Position numbers and translations under genes: made by a program. A stretch of 64,000 bases of DNA. It comes from Octopus bimaculoides (lineage: Eukaryota). The notes beneath the pieces are model-generated. The model was not told the origin of the DNA, made no database searches, and saw only the letters and a program-made list of their open reading frames with translations. Each line of letters opens with the position of its first letter. The first letter of the stretch is position 1. Of the stretch, positions 40,185 to 52,462 are shown in pieces. The stretch is from positions 21,772,865-21,836,864 of the forward strand of contig NC_068985.1 of assembly GCF_001194135.2 (NCBI RefSeq), given 5' to 3'.

Positions 40185-40827
40185 GAAGACAGCTGTTCTG
40201 TGGCAGACTGGACACAAGAAGCTCAGGGTAATACATGCATATAGTTGCATATCTAGACATGCGCATATATATTCAAATGATAAACTTCTGGAAAGTTTTA
40301 CAGATTTTTACAATTCCAGTGATGGATTGGAGCTATAGTCCTTGAATTAGCTTTCTCCTTTCTGGTTTTGAGAAGCCTAATTTCTCAAGATTGGTATTTA
40401 AGCAGTGTGTTATATATGCCAGGGCCCCAATAATTACAGGTATAAACCTGAATTTGTAATCTGGATAGAGTAACTTCAGATTTCTCAATAGTTCAGCATC
40501 GGTGTTCTCTTTTTCACTGATCTTCAGCTTTATGTTAACATCCGCTGGGCAGCTAATTTCCATAATTGTGCACAGTTTCTCTTCTCTATCCCAAATCATT
40601 ATATCAGGTCTGTTGTTCTTACATTTTATTGAGGTCTTCACTGGTACATTCCACCAGTATTCCTTTTTGTTATGAGCAACTATGGCTTCTACCATATTGT
40701 AAGTTCTTATTTCTTTGTCCGAGGGAATATCCTTCCGACGAATTTCATTATAGAGTGTCCTAGCTACAACATCATGTCTCATCGGTAGATAATACCATGA
40801 TGACATTTTCGGACAATTGCTTATGAT
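40185..40827 (-). mobile_element. 3' end of R4/Dong-like RLE retroelement, 5'-truncated
   Basis: RHDVVA..NNRPDIMIWD..EISCP..K..EKE..IPVIIGAL..LQSITGIVKICKTF; same family as 34975-35600. Confidence 0.8.
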
Positions 40828-42251
40828 ATGTATGTATGTGTGTATGTATGTATGTATGTATGTATGTATGTATGTATGTATGCATGTATGTATGCATGCA
40901 TGTATGTAAGTATGTATGCGTATTTGCATCATTGTTTCTGTTTTGCCCCTTCCCTCACTTGACAACCAGAGTTGGTTTATTCACACCCCTGTAACTTAGC
41001 AGTTCAGCAAAAGAGATCGATAGAATAATTCCAGGTTTAAAAATATGTACTGGATTCAATTTGTTGGACTAAATTCTTCGAGATGATGCCCCAGCATGAC
41101 TACAGACTGAAACAAGTAAAAGACCAAAGCGGGCAAAAATTATGTCTTAGCATCTAAAATTTTTTTTGCTGTGCTCACAGGTGAAATGAGATTTCCAGAA
41201 TTTGCTTCCAAAATACCAAAATATGCCTTGTTGACTTCACACATTTTAGTGGATAGTGCCATAGAGTACTTTTTCATTCTTGTCTTGATAAATTGGCCAA
41301 AACAAAATGCGTCTGCCAGATGCTTATAACATCTTGGCAGCATTTCTGATAAATGCAGATAGCCTTACCCATTTAGGTAGCTAGAACTGAACTGGTGAGC
41401 TTAAGGCCCTTTTATTTGAATTACTAAGAAGTTCTTGAAAATTCTAGAAAGTTCTTGAAAGTTGTAGGAAATTCTAGAAATCACTTGAAAAATTCTCCAA
41501 AATTCAAGAAAGTTCTCAATCAGCCACTCAGCACTGAATCTATCTAGAATGTTCTGGGAAATAGGTAAATTTTAAAATATCGCTACTAAGGTCACGAAAG
41601 CATGTTTTAAACATATGGAGAAAGGAAATATCACTGCCTAGTAACAACAACAAAAAAGTAAACATTTTATTATATTTGTAATTGTTTCTAACACAGGTAC
41701 AAAAGCTGAAATTTGTGGGGCGGGGTTGAGTCGATTTTATCGACCTCAGGACTTGACTGGTACCTTATTTTGCCGACCCTGGAAAGATGAAAGGATAATA
41801 ATAATAATAATAATGATGATGATGATGATGATGATGACGATGATTATGATTTCCTTTTATTTTAAGACAGACAGCACAACATAATAACTGCTTCGATCGG
41901 TATTGAAAAATATAGCTGAATGTTTTTGTAAGGGAGTTAACTATTTGGGGGACGGGAGCGACCTAAAAATTTTTGTTGTACGCAAGCGACATATTACTGT
42001 TTCCTCTGGTGCAACTACACAACAATTTCATTTAGAGTTAATAGTATTTAACAAAATACATCAATGTGTATAATTCTACAGCAGTGTACTTAAAGCAGAC
42101 ATTACATTCATTTATAATATATCGCATGATAAACACGAACGTACTCTTGTTTATTTACATATAACTAATACGATTACAACAAAAATATAGGTACTGGTGA
42201 CTTAATATGAAAAGAGGTGTGTATAAAACGTTTTGATGCATTTAGAGTGTG

Positions 42252-42765
42252 ATGGAAGAAAGTGAATTCCTGCATAAGATTTCTGATGAAGACGAACAGG
42301 ATCGTGATTACACTTGCCGGTTAGATATAGAGCCGATAGCAACGTCAACAACATCGCCGATAACAACATCAACAGCATTGCCATCATCACAAACAACATC
42401 AATAACACCAGATGTAAGTTGCAGCAAAGCGATTTTTCAATCATCACTTTCCAGCTTCGAAACTGATTTTGAAGACATTCCTGTAACACCTGCGGACTGT
42501 CAATTGTCATCTAACCATGATTCAAATAGTAAGACATTTGATGTGCGACAATCTGACTCTGAAAGAGTCCGAGGTGCATTGTGTCGCGTTTTTAGCCAAA
42601 ATTATTCCGAAAGTGACTCGATTAGTGTCAACTCGTCACTGGTAACATCATCTTCATCATCCTCATCACGCGTCTCTCCGAAAAGAATGGCTAAAAGTGA
42701 TTCATTCTGTGACTGCTATGCTCTTGGTCAAGAAAAAGAATGCCTGTGTGGAGAAGAAGATTCGT
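42252..42765 (+). CDS. SPSB3: SPSB3 coding exon 1 (acidic/Ser-rich N-terminus ending FCDCY...CLCGEED)
   Basis: ATG at 42252; T|gtaagt donor in phase 1; C.C..C.CGEED motif upstream of the SPRY domain as in SPSB3. Confidence 0.85.
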
Positions 42766-43657
42766 GTAAGTATACCTCAACGCTTACTCTACCACATGGC
42801 ATATTTTAAAACCAGTATTGTAAATAATGATAGAATTTGAAAACTGGAAACATTTTTGTTTATCATTTCGATGAGAAATGTTTTGCTAAATTCGTTGTTG
42901 AATGCATTTTGTAGTAAATATGCAAGGGACGTAAATGTTATTTTTAATGGCTTTAGAGCATTTAAAGCATGAATCAAATATGCAGTTTTGGGCAACCTAT
43001 TCTATTGTTTTTTATTCTCAATAAAATGAAATTACGTTTTAAAGAGTCATCAGTTGCGAAATTAATGATGATAATCATTATAAATGGATCTGTATAATTA
43101 GTTGTAATGAAAGTAACTGCATTTGCTTCTCTTACTCCCTTTACATCCCATTAACGTTATCTAAATATTTTTCTAAAAGTTCATTGTTTAATCGCGAGAA
43201 AACTTTTCATGTTGAGCTGTTGTAGAAATTTTTTTCTAATGAATTGTATAGTTATTAACGGTAAAATACAAACGGCAGGCTTTGAAGGAGCAATATTAAT
43301 ATTACCCCCATGAGTCATTATTGGTTAATCAAATTTTTGATGCTCTTAGAAAAAATGTAATACCAATGTTTATAGTTTCTGCAAAAAATAAACATAATGT
43401 TCCTTCATAACTATTATGCCTATTTACGTGAATTTTACTCTTGTTTACGATCTAATAGTAAACAAAAATTACACACCTGTAAAGAACCATTTACCTCGGT
43501 ATTTGTGAAATTACTCTGTAAGAGGAATGACGATTAATTGTCACCTTGATCTTGGGTAAAATGCTAACTAAGCTCTGATTTACCTTTATTTACCAACTTG
43601 CTCAATTCGCTTTTGTTTTCTAAGTTGCCTTTTATTAATCATGTGTGTATATAGAAG

Positions 43658-44032
43658 GGCAGGCGTGGCTGTGTGGTTAAGAAGCTTGCTTCCCAGTCTT
43701 GTGGTCATGGGTTCAGTCCCACTGTGTGACACTTTGGACAAGTGTCTACTACTATAGCCCCTGGTTAACCAAGGCCTTGTGAGTGGATTTGGTAGATAGA
43801 AACTGGAGGAAGCCTGTCGTATATATATATGTGTGTGTGTGTTTGTGCCCTATCAATACTTGACAACTGGTACTGATTTGTTTATGTCTCTGTAACTTGG
43901 TGATTCAGCAAAAGAGATTGAAAAATTAAGTACAAGGCTTAAAAAATAAGTAATGGGGTTAATTTGTTCAACTAAAACCTTGAAGGCAGTGCCCCAGCAT
44001 GGCTGCAGTCCAACGATTGGAACAAGTAAAAT
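43658..44032 (+). mobile_element. Full-length tRNA-head SINE with internal microsatellite, in SPSB3 intron 1
   Basis: ggcaggcgtggctgtgtggttaagaagc...ggttcagtccc...; other copies at about 16480, 23200, 27635, 33560, 36230, 56230, 58870. Confidence 0.85.
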
Positions 44033-44230
44033 GTAGAAAGTAATATAATCTCTGTCTGTTGGAAATTTTTATAGATGGAGCCTACTTCTGTCAAATGTAT
44101 ATGTTTTATGTCTTTTAGTTTTACATTTAGGTGGTACCTGAGCTAAATGATGTTTGTTATCTGAGATGTAGGTATTTCTACTTGAAAATTCTGCATATTA
44201 TTATTATTTGAATATTATTTTTAATTTCAG

Positions 44231-44418
44231 TTTTTGACTGGGTCTGGGATGAAGATTCTAAATCTTCTGCTTGCCTACTGAAGCAAGACCACAGAGAAGT
44301 ATTATTTCACATGGACTATAGCTGTGGCACAGCTGCCGTACGGGGTACTACCCCAATGAAAGACAATCAACATTATTGGGAAGTGAAAATGACCTCCACA
44401 GTCTATGGCACTGATATG
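44231..44418 (+). CDS. SPSB3: SPSB3 coding exon 2 (FDWVWD...[11 protein letters not shown]...[16 protein letters not shown])
   Basis: Recognisable SPSB3 SPRY sequence; tttcag acceptor and gtaatg donor; phase 1 to 0. Confidence 0.95.
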
Positions 44419-44956
44419 GTAATGACATCCATTTACTTTTGAATCTATATCTTACATTACCTTTATGATTTGAATGATTTAATCTTATTCATTTGGCACA
44501 GCTAATTACATTAGAAAAGCACAGAATTCTAATTACATTTAGGGAATTAACTTGCATATTTTATTCAGTACTGGTTTTATTTTTTTAAACCTAATCAAAG
44601 TCAGGTATATTTGTGGGAAAAAATAAATTGAGAAGTTGTACAGTAAATAACTCTTCTTGACGACTCTGTATTAGTCAGTCTTGTTCAGAGGAACATAAGC
44701 TGTTGCAGTTTATTAGAAGAGATGAAGAGAAGGCAGAAGTTAAAGGATACTAAGAAGAAAAGGTTTACAGATAAGTCGAGTGGTATTTTATTGATTTATA
44801 TTAAGAATATCACTAACTGATGGCAGTTCTTTTCTGTAGTTTCAGTGTTTTCGTTTCAGAAATGATTTAGAACAGAGACAAGTATTAAAGGAAGCTCAAC
44901 TCATCTATTGTAACTACTTAATTAGCTTAATATAACTGAGTCTGTTAGTTAATATA

Positions 44957-46212
44957 TTTGGTTGTCCAGAAAGTTCATGCCGATTTTTAGTCGTTCATGT
45001 TCCAACACGTTAGAACATGTCAAATTTATTGACACATATGCTTACATTTCCAGTTAGCGCACACTTCAAACTATCTCTTGAGAAGGAAAGTTTAAAATTA
45101 CTTAATTCATGTCAATTTTGCATCCCTATGAAAATGGAAGATTATAAGGTGTATTTTAAGCACTTGATGTTTTTTTTTATGACTGTAAAGGCAAAAATGC
45201 CTCACAAGCAACAAAAAAGATGTGCTGTGTACAGTGAAATTGCTTTAGCTGACAGAACTGTACAGAAGTGGTTCACTAAGTTTAGAGTTGGTGATTGTAG
45301 CCTTATTGATAAAGAATGCTTAGGCAGACCCCTCCCCACTACAGATGATGACCAAATCAAGACATTGAAAATAATCTGCATTACACAACATGGAAATTGG
45401 CAGAAACACTTCCACCATCTATGTGCGCTTAGGTACTCAAATTGCTACGATGTTTGGGTACCACATGATATGAATGAAATGAATCTTTTGGATTGCATTT
45501 CTATCTGTGATTTGCTGTATTAATGCTATGAAAATGCACCCTTTTTGAAGCAAATTGTGATAGGTAATGAGAAATGGATTGTTTACAACAATGTTCAGTA
45601 AAAAAAGATCTTAGGGTAAGCGATATGAGCCACCTTTAGCCACCCCAAAAGCAGGTCTTCATCCTAAGAGAGTCATGCTTTGCATCTGGTGGGCTTGGAA
45701 AGGAATCCTGTATGACGAACTTCTGCCAAGTAACCAGTCATTTAATTCTGAGAAGTACTGCTCACAACTGGACGATTGAAAGGCAGCAATTCAAGAAAAG
45801 CACCCAGAATTGACAAACAGGAAAGGCGTTGTTTTCCATCAGGATAAAGCCAGACCTCACTTCTTTTTGGCAACTTGTCAAAGATTGTTGCAGCTTGGCT
45901 GGGATGTGTTACCCCACCCACCATATTCAGCAGACATTGCTCCTTTGGATTTTCATTTATTCAAGTCCTTGCAAAATAATCTCAAAGGTAAAAATTTTAA
46001 TTCTTTGGGGTTATAAAAAACCACCTTAATGAGGTCTTTGCCAAGAAACCACTGAAATTCTGGGAAGACAGAATCTTTAAGTTGAAGGAAAGATGGAGAA
46101 AGATTGTGCAACAAAATGGTTCGTATTTAGTTGAATAAATATTTAATGGCATAATTTTGTTTTTTCTTTTAATTTCCCTTAAAAATCGGCATGAACTTTC
46201 CAGACAACCCAA
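44957..46212 (+). mobile_element. Full-length inactive mariner (D,D34D) transposon in SPSB3 intron 2
   Basis: 33-bp TIRs with 3 mismatches and TA flanks; WVPH, GNEKW, QDKARPH...YSADIAPLD with spacing 34; multiple stops and frameshifts. Confidence 0.93.
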
Positions 46213-47064
46213 TAAATATATTTATGGTCTCAAAGAAACTTCAGTGTTATCAACTCTATGGGAGTCATTGACAGAAATTTAAATCATTTCACTATTTGAT
46301 AGAAAACATTGAAATATTCTGGCAGTTACTATTTCAATGACAGCATTTCACTTTCTGAATTAAAATAATATTAAAGTGTTTTGCATGGATAAATTTGAGG
46401 AGGTTTTGCTTAATACATAGTGGCTTTTTTTTTTTCAATAGACAGTTTTTTTCTCTTGGCTGCATATTTATGTAATTGTGCATACATTCATGCATCCTTA
46501 CCTGTATTTATGTGCGTGTGTGTATCAACAAAATGCAAAATTTACTATCCTGTCTGTTGTATTCTGCTGAGACTACACACAGTGTATCAAAATGTTGTTG
46601 AGCTGCCAGTTATGCCATTTACAATCTATAGTGAACATTTCTTTGTGAGACCACATCTTTGACCAGGAGGTTTTGCAACATGCAGACATGCCTGATGTTG
46701 AGTCTATCTTCTTGGAATTGCAGTTTCACTAAGTAGGAGATATGGTCTATGTAGAGAATACTAGAATCCTCCAAGGCAGTGCTCTGAACTGTGCTGAAAT
46801 GAAAGCCATTGAAGAGAGTACTTATAATCTTTTCAAAATCTTGCAGCACACCTGAACTAAAAATATAACTAAAAGTATAGGGAAAGATTATATTCTGTTA
46901 TAGTGATGCCATCAAATGATATCCCAGTGAAGTGAGTGTCCTCATTGCAACTGCAACTGATTGCAAACAGTGGTGGAAGGAAAAAGCAAATGTTGCTGAG
47001 CCAAACCAGATAAAATAACAAGAAGACGAAAATGGAAAAAGGCTAGAAGATCCTTACTCTAGAC

Positions 47065-47228
47065 CAGTGCTCCACAACCGGTATGCCGCGGCACACTGGT
47101 GTGCCACAGTGTAACCTGAATATAATTTTTCTCCTATACTTTTAGTTATATTTTTAGTTCAGCTGTGTTGCAAGATTTTGAAAGGATTATAAGTGTACCA
47201 CAAGTGAAAAAAAGGTTGTGAAGCACTG
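47065..47228. mobile_element. hAT-Charlie-type MITE, 164 bp
   Basis: TIRs cagtgctccacaacc / ggttgtgaagcactg; 8-bp TSD ctctagac / ctctagaa matching the NTCTAGAN preference. Confidence 0.8.
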
Positions 47229-47337
47229 CTCTAGAACTATCAAGAAAATTCTGCAATACCTGTAGTCAGGATTTTACCAGTACCTTCAGTTTACAATTCC
47301 ATGAAAGAAAAAGACATTGTTGTTAAAGTGCCCTTTG

Positions 47338-47339
<2 letters not shown>

Positions 47340-47398
<59 letters not shown>

Positions 47399-47410
47399 TC
47401 ATATATATAT
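47340..47410. repeat. (TA)n microsatellite; another at 54621-54695
   Basis: Direct reading. Confidence 0.95.
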
Positions 47411-47563
47411 AGGTGAGTTAAGTTAGAGGTTATAACAACCATCTAAAGGATACTTGTATCCAATGAATCAACTGGTGTATTACTTATATTTGATCATGAG
47501 CATTACTTTAATGCTTAGAAATGATAAGTAAGGATAAGAATAAATGGAAGTTTACCAATATTC

Positions 47564-47787
47564 AAGGACAACAGGAAATGGAGATAAAATTGATGAATAA
47601 CAATTGATCTACACCATTTGTAATTAATTACACAAAGACAGAGAATCTCATCTTACAGCTGTTTCTGTTAGCGGTAACGGAAACAGCTGTAGGATGAGAT
47701 TCTGTTGTTTTGTAATTAATGAATAAATGATAATTAGTGTAGATCAATTGTTATTCATCAATTTTATTTCCATTTTCTGTTTTCCTT
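47564..47787. repeat. Fold-back palindrome of about 220 bp with 4-nt loop
   Basis: Arms pair around gcgg at 47671-47674. Confidence 0.85.
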
Positions 47788-48198
47788 ATACACACACACA
47801 CGCACACATATATGACTGGAGCCAATGAGCCTGAGAGATGCATCAGGTTTCAGTCTGATTTGGCATGATTTCTACAGTTGGATGCCCTTCCTAAAGCCAA
47901 CTACAGGCCAGTTACTGCAGAATTTGTTCTGAGATATGCCTTATGGACTTGTTGTGTTAAGAATGCAATAAATATCAAAAAGAAATTAAATTCATCCCAG
48001 CAGCTACAGAGTGCACCAAATGCATTTTGGCCTTTTGGGGCCTTTTACAATGGTGTGTACTTGTAGTAAGCCACATACTTCTCTGAGCAGCAAATCAATA
48101 AGAGATGTTATCTCAGGACAAATACTGCACTAACTGGCCCACACATTTACTGCAGTATTTGTCGTGCTTTAAGTATGATATATAAATGGCTATTTTAA

Positions 48199-48412
48199 CC
48201 CTTTAGTATTCAGATTACTCTGCTAAATGTAATGTTTATCTATATACATTGCTTTGAATTGACCTATTGTGTAGCTTGAAGATTTTGATAATGTGATTGT
48301 ATGTTTTTAGAATAGCATGGTAGGATAGGTGTGAGAGGGTGAATGCAGCCAGTTTGAACATAAAATAGGTAGAATATTTCGGCTCAATATGGCTGGTTTA
48401 AATGCTAAAGGA
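48199..48412. mobile_element. Degenerate piggyBac-like MITE
   Basis: ttaa|ccctttagtatt ... aatgctaaagga|tgaa: TTAA-like flanks and CCC terminus. Confidence 0.5.
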
Positions 48413-48632
48413 TGAATTAAATACTGCTTCAGGTGTGTATACCAGATTTTTTATCAGCTGAGCAGGTAATCACAACACCAGGAGTGTTTTATTCAGTTTA
48501 TCCTATAGCAAAGACTGAATTCTTGTCTAAGCATGTGGCTTACATGATGTTTTCATTAATTGTATATCTGTTTAAAATTAGCTTGTTCTGTGTCCTACTG
48601 TCTTAAATAAAAATTGTTACTTTTCTTTTCAG

Positions 48633-48861
48633 ATGGTTGGAGTTGGAACACAGAGTATTGACTTGGACAAATATCGTCATGCATTTTGTAGCTTGCTGGG
48701 TAGAGATGAGGACAGTTGGGGTCTGTCTTACACAGGTGTCACGCATCACAAGGCTCAGAAAGAACTATACACATCTAAATTTGGCCAAGGAGATATCATT
48801 GGGGTCCATCTTGATATGTGGCATGGAACAATGTCATTTTATAAAAACAGAAGACCTTTGG
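48633..48861 (+). CDS. SPSB3: SPSB3 coding exon 3 ([32 protein letters not shown]...[14 protein letters not shown])
   Basis: Strong recognisable SPSB3 match; ttttcag acceptor and gtaggt donor; phase 0 to 1. Confidence 0.96.
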
Positions 48862-48884
48862 GTAGGTTTCAGTTTTTCTTGCTC

Positions 48885-49620
48885 ATCATCATCATCATCG
48901 TTTAATGTCCGCCTTCCATGCTGGCATGGGTGGGACGGTTTGACAAGAGCTGGCCAGGCAGAAGCCTGCACCAGACTTCTGTAACTGTTTTGGCAGGATT
49001 TTAACAACTGGATGCCCTTTCTAACACCAACCACTCAGCTGAGTGGACTTAGTGTTTTTTGTGTGGCACAAGCACAGGTGAGGTCAGTTTTGGCAAGGTT
49101 TTTACAGCTGGATGTCCTCCCAAATGCCAACCACTTTTCAGTGTGGACTAGGTGCTTTTAAGTGGCACGTGCACTGACAGGGTCGCCAAGTCCTTGCAAG
49201 ACAATAAAAAAAAGAAAAAAAGCTCTTTTGAGAGGGGAGGGGGCATTGGAGGAGGTGATCTTGTGTCAGATGATGATAGGTTATAGTGAGGCAGAGAGAT
49301 AGGAACAGGTGTCTTGCTGTAGAGGAGGTACAAGGTTATCTGGTCGGAGAGAGAGAGAGAGATCAGGAATGAAGACAAACAGGTGCTGTTGCAAAAGAAA
49401 TACATATTTACCTGACCTGAATGAAGTGCAGGAGAAGGAGAGAGAGAGAGTGGGAGACTGCAGGATAGAGATGGTGGCAAAGTACCTGACATATGCACTG
49501 ATACCGTGAGACAGGGCATGGGTGGAACACAGGCTGGAAGCTAGCAGAGAGCAATGATACAGTAGCACAGGACCAAGAGGGCAGGATTGGGGAGTGAGAG
49601 GTAAACTGAGTAAAGGGTAG
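48885..49620 (-). mobile_element. RTE LINE 3' UTR fragment in SPSB3 intron 3
   Basis: Homologous to 18414-19620, with (GAT)n tail. Confidence 0.8.
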
Positions 49621-50939
49621 ATTATTCATGATTATCACTACCATCAACTTATCAACACCATTATCACTATCAAAGTACTAGCTCAAAGGGAAAGAAGTTA
49701 TTGTAAGATTTAGAAGAGAAGAAAGGACATTGTGTTGGCAGGCTAGTAGATTACTGGGTATTGAGCTACTTATTACTGCCTCAACATCTCCATACCAGTC
49801 AGGTCCATCTTGGATGTTTATATATGCAGCAGTTGCTTTGAACCAGATATATGAATATTGCTCTCTTGTGAGACACACATGTACCTTGTACAAGTTCAGA
49901 AATTATTCCTGGGAACTGGAGTGGAAGACTATCCTTTGAAAGTTTTCAGCAGTTTGTTGTTCAGTAATAATAGGGTTTATTACTGTGATGTATGTGTAGT
50001 GACTATGACTTGGTGCTGATGGATTAGATTAGCTATTCATATTTCCATCATAATTTAATTTCTATTAATAGATTTTATTCATACCCAATGAGAAATGCTT
50101 AGGTTTATATGTGGATGAAAGCTGTAACCAAAAACACCATTAATTAGTAAAAAGTGGTATAATCTACAGAGGTGTATATGGATAATGGTAATAGCCAGCG
50201 TTTCCTCAATGAACAGAATGAAGAGTGTCTGAGATATAATCACAGCCTGTGCCATGTATGACTTAGATATTTCTTATATGAGACTAAGTGGTTAGCTAGC
50301 AGAATCATTTCACATCAGACAAAATGCTTAGCAACATTTGAGTTTAAATTCAACTAAGGTCGACTTTGCCTTTCATCCTTTCAGGTCAATAGAATAAATG
50401 CCCGTCAAATACTGGGGTCAATGTAATTGACTTATGCTCTCCCCTAAAATTGTTGGTGTTGTGCCAAAATTTGAAACTATTATATGTTGGACCGGTCTGG
50501 CAAGAAACCACCAATCTAAGACATCAGTTGGATTGTGTGAGATGTAATCAGGGTATGAGTGGTATAAAGAGTGATATATTTGTTTTACCATAGTAATTTG
50601 GGTCAAGAAATGTACTTTGTGTGACACAGAAGAGCAACTCTTTGGGAGATTTATCTACCATTAGCTCATCTTTAATATCCTTTTACCCCACAAAATGACT
50701 TTGTTTTACATTTCATGAAGGTCTTCTAGGATCCTAGCTGATAGATAATAGCTGTTAGCTGATTCCTTAACTACCTAATATAATAATCAGACTTGGTTTT
50801 CATTATACATAGATGATCTTTCTGATAATCATGTATAACTATCATAGAACATTTTAGAAGAACCAATTGAGTTGTCTCCACCTTAATTCTTGTTTGCTTA
50901 GATATTGCAGTGGAATATTTAGTTAATAAAAGAATGGAT

Positions 50940-51130
50940 GGACGTCGGGCGAAATGCTTAGCAGTATTTCGTCTGTTTTTACATTCTGAGTTCAAATTCC
51001 GCCGAGGTCGACTTTGCCTTTCGTCCTTTTGGGGTCGATAAATTAAGTACCAGTTTCATACTGGGGTCAATCTAATCGACTGGCCCCCTCCCAAAAAAAT
51101 TTTGGGCCTTGTGTCTAGAGTAGAAAAGAA
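50940..51130 (+). mobile_element. Deu/Nin-core SINE
   Basis: Same family as 5723-5960. Confidence 0.8.
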
Positions 51131-52462
51131 TAAAAAAATGGATGGAGAATAGTTTGAATGTATATAATAGTTTGTGTATATACAGCATTAATAGGCCAGT
51201 TACTATGGTATTCATCCTGAAATAATACCTCTTACAGATGTGCTGTTAAAAAAGTACTAAATATTAGAGGGAGACAGAAATTCGCCCCAGCAGCAGCCAG
51301 CAAGAATGCCAGATTTTGGCTTTTTGGGGGCCTTTTCAATGTAATGTTCTTGCATCTAACCTCATGGAATTTTTGCATGATTATTTTCCTTAGAGTAATT
51401 ATTTTTGTGTTTGAGTGTTACCTGGATTTGTCAAATAAATCAACACAGAAATAAAAACACAAAGAAAATGGTATGTATTGGAAAAACACACCCCTTAACT
51501 ATAGATTGTATTTTTTGACAAACAAATTTACAAAGATGACATATTCTCTCTACATAACACTTGCAGAGTTGGAATTTAATAAAATTCCATTTGTATGTGA
51601 ACATAAAACAACAAAAACTATGTTAAGAAAGTTAATATGTAAATCTAAAATTTTAGTGTTAGCTAAGGTGGTGAGCTAGCAGAATCGTTAGCACACTGGG
51701 CAAAATACTAAGCAGTATTTTGTCCATTTTTACATTCTGAGTTCAAATTCCACCAAGGTCAACTTTGCTGTTCATCCTTTTGGCATTGAAAAAATAAATA
51801 ACATTTCAACACTGAGGTCAATGTATCTGACTTACCCTCTCCCCAAAATTGCTGACCTTGTATGAAAATTTGAAATCAGTATGTATATCTATATACTGAG
51901 GAATTGAAAAGTTTGACCAAATCTTGAATTAGCAAACCTAGATCTTTCTTAAATGATAATGGAATTACTTGAATTGTTAATCTTATTTTTTCATTAAAAA
52001 AACAAACACTGCATTCTGGATATAGTTTAATTTCTTTTTGTTATTTGCTGTCATATATTTGTTCATGTGATTAGGTTCAAACATTTGTAGATATATTAAT
52101 GTACATATGTTTTACAAATATGTGGTATTTTACAGAAAAATGCAATTGTCAGTCCAAAAATTGTGTCCTTTCTTGAAAGACTTTTACATTTTCATATTTC
52201 ATTCTAAAATAAAATGAAGGCTTGTAATGAAATGTCATCATTATTGAGTATAACTTTATGCATGTTTAATTTGACTACAAAGTAAATGAAAATTAAAGTT
52301 CGGATTAAATAGATGAAACAATTCTAAATATATTTTATCTGAATGTGACCAGTTGTATGAAACATTGTTTTATTCTGAAGAGGTTTTGCATGAATTTTTG
52401 ATTAATTGGGAAATTGTTTTAAAATGATTTTAAAGTATTGTATTTATTTTCTATATCTATAG

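Noticed and set aside
41394-41620. ttctagaa-rich subrepeat block
   Set aside because: Looks like a repeat fragment, but no ends or family could be supported.
42202-42510. 102-aa minus-strand ORF
   Set aside because: Antisense shadow of SPSB3 exon 1.
46619-46849. ORFs at 46619-46849 and 49678-49939
   Set aside because: Likely old LINE remnants in SPSB3 introns; no diagnostic motifs.
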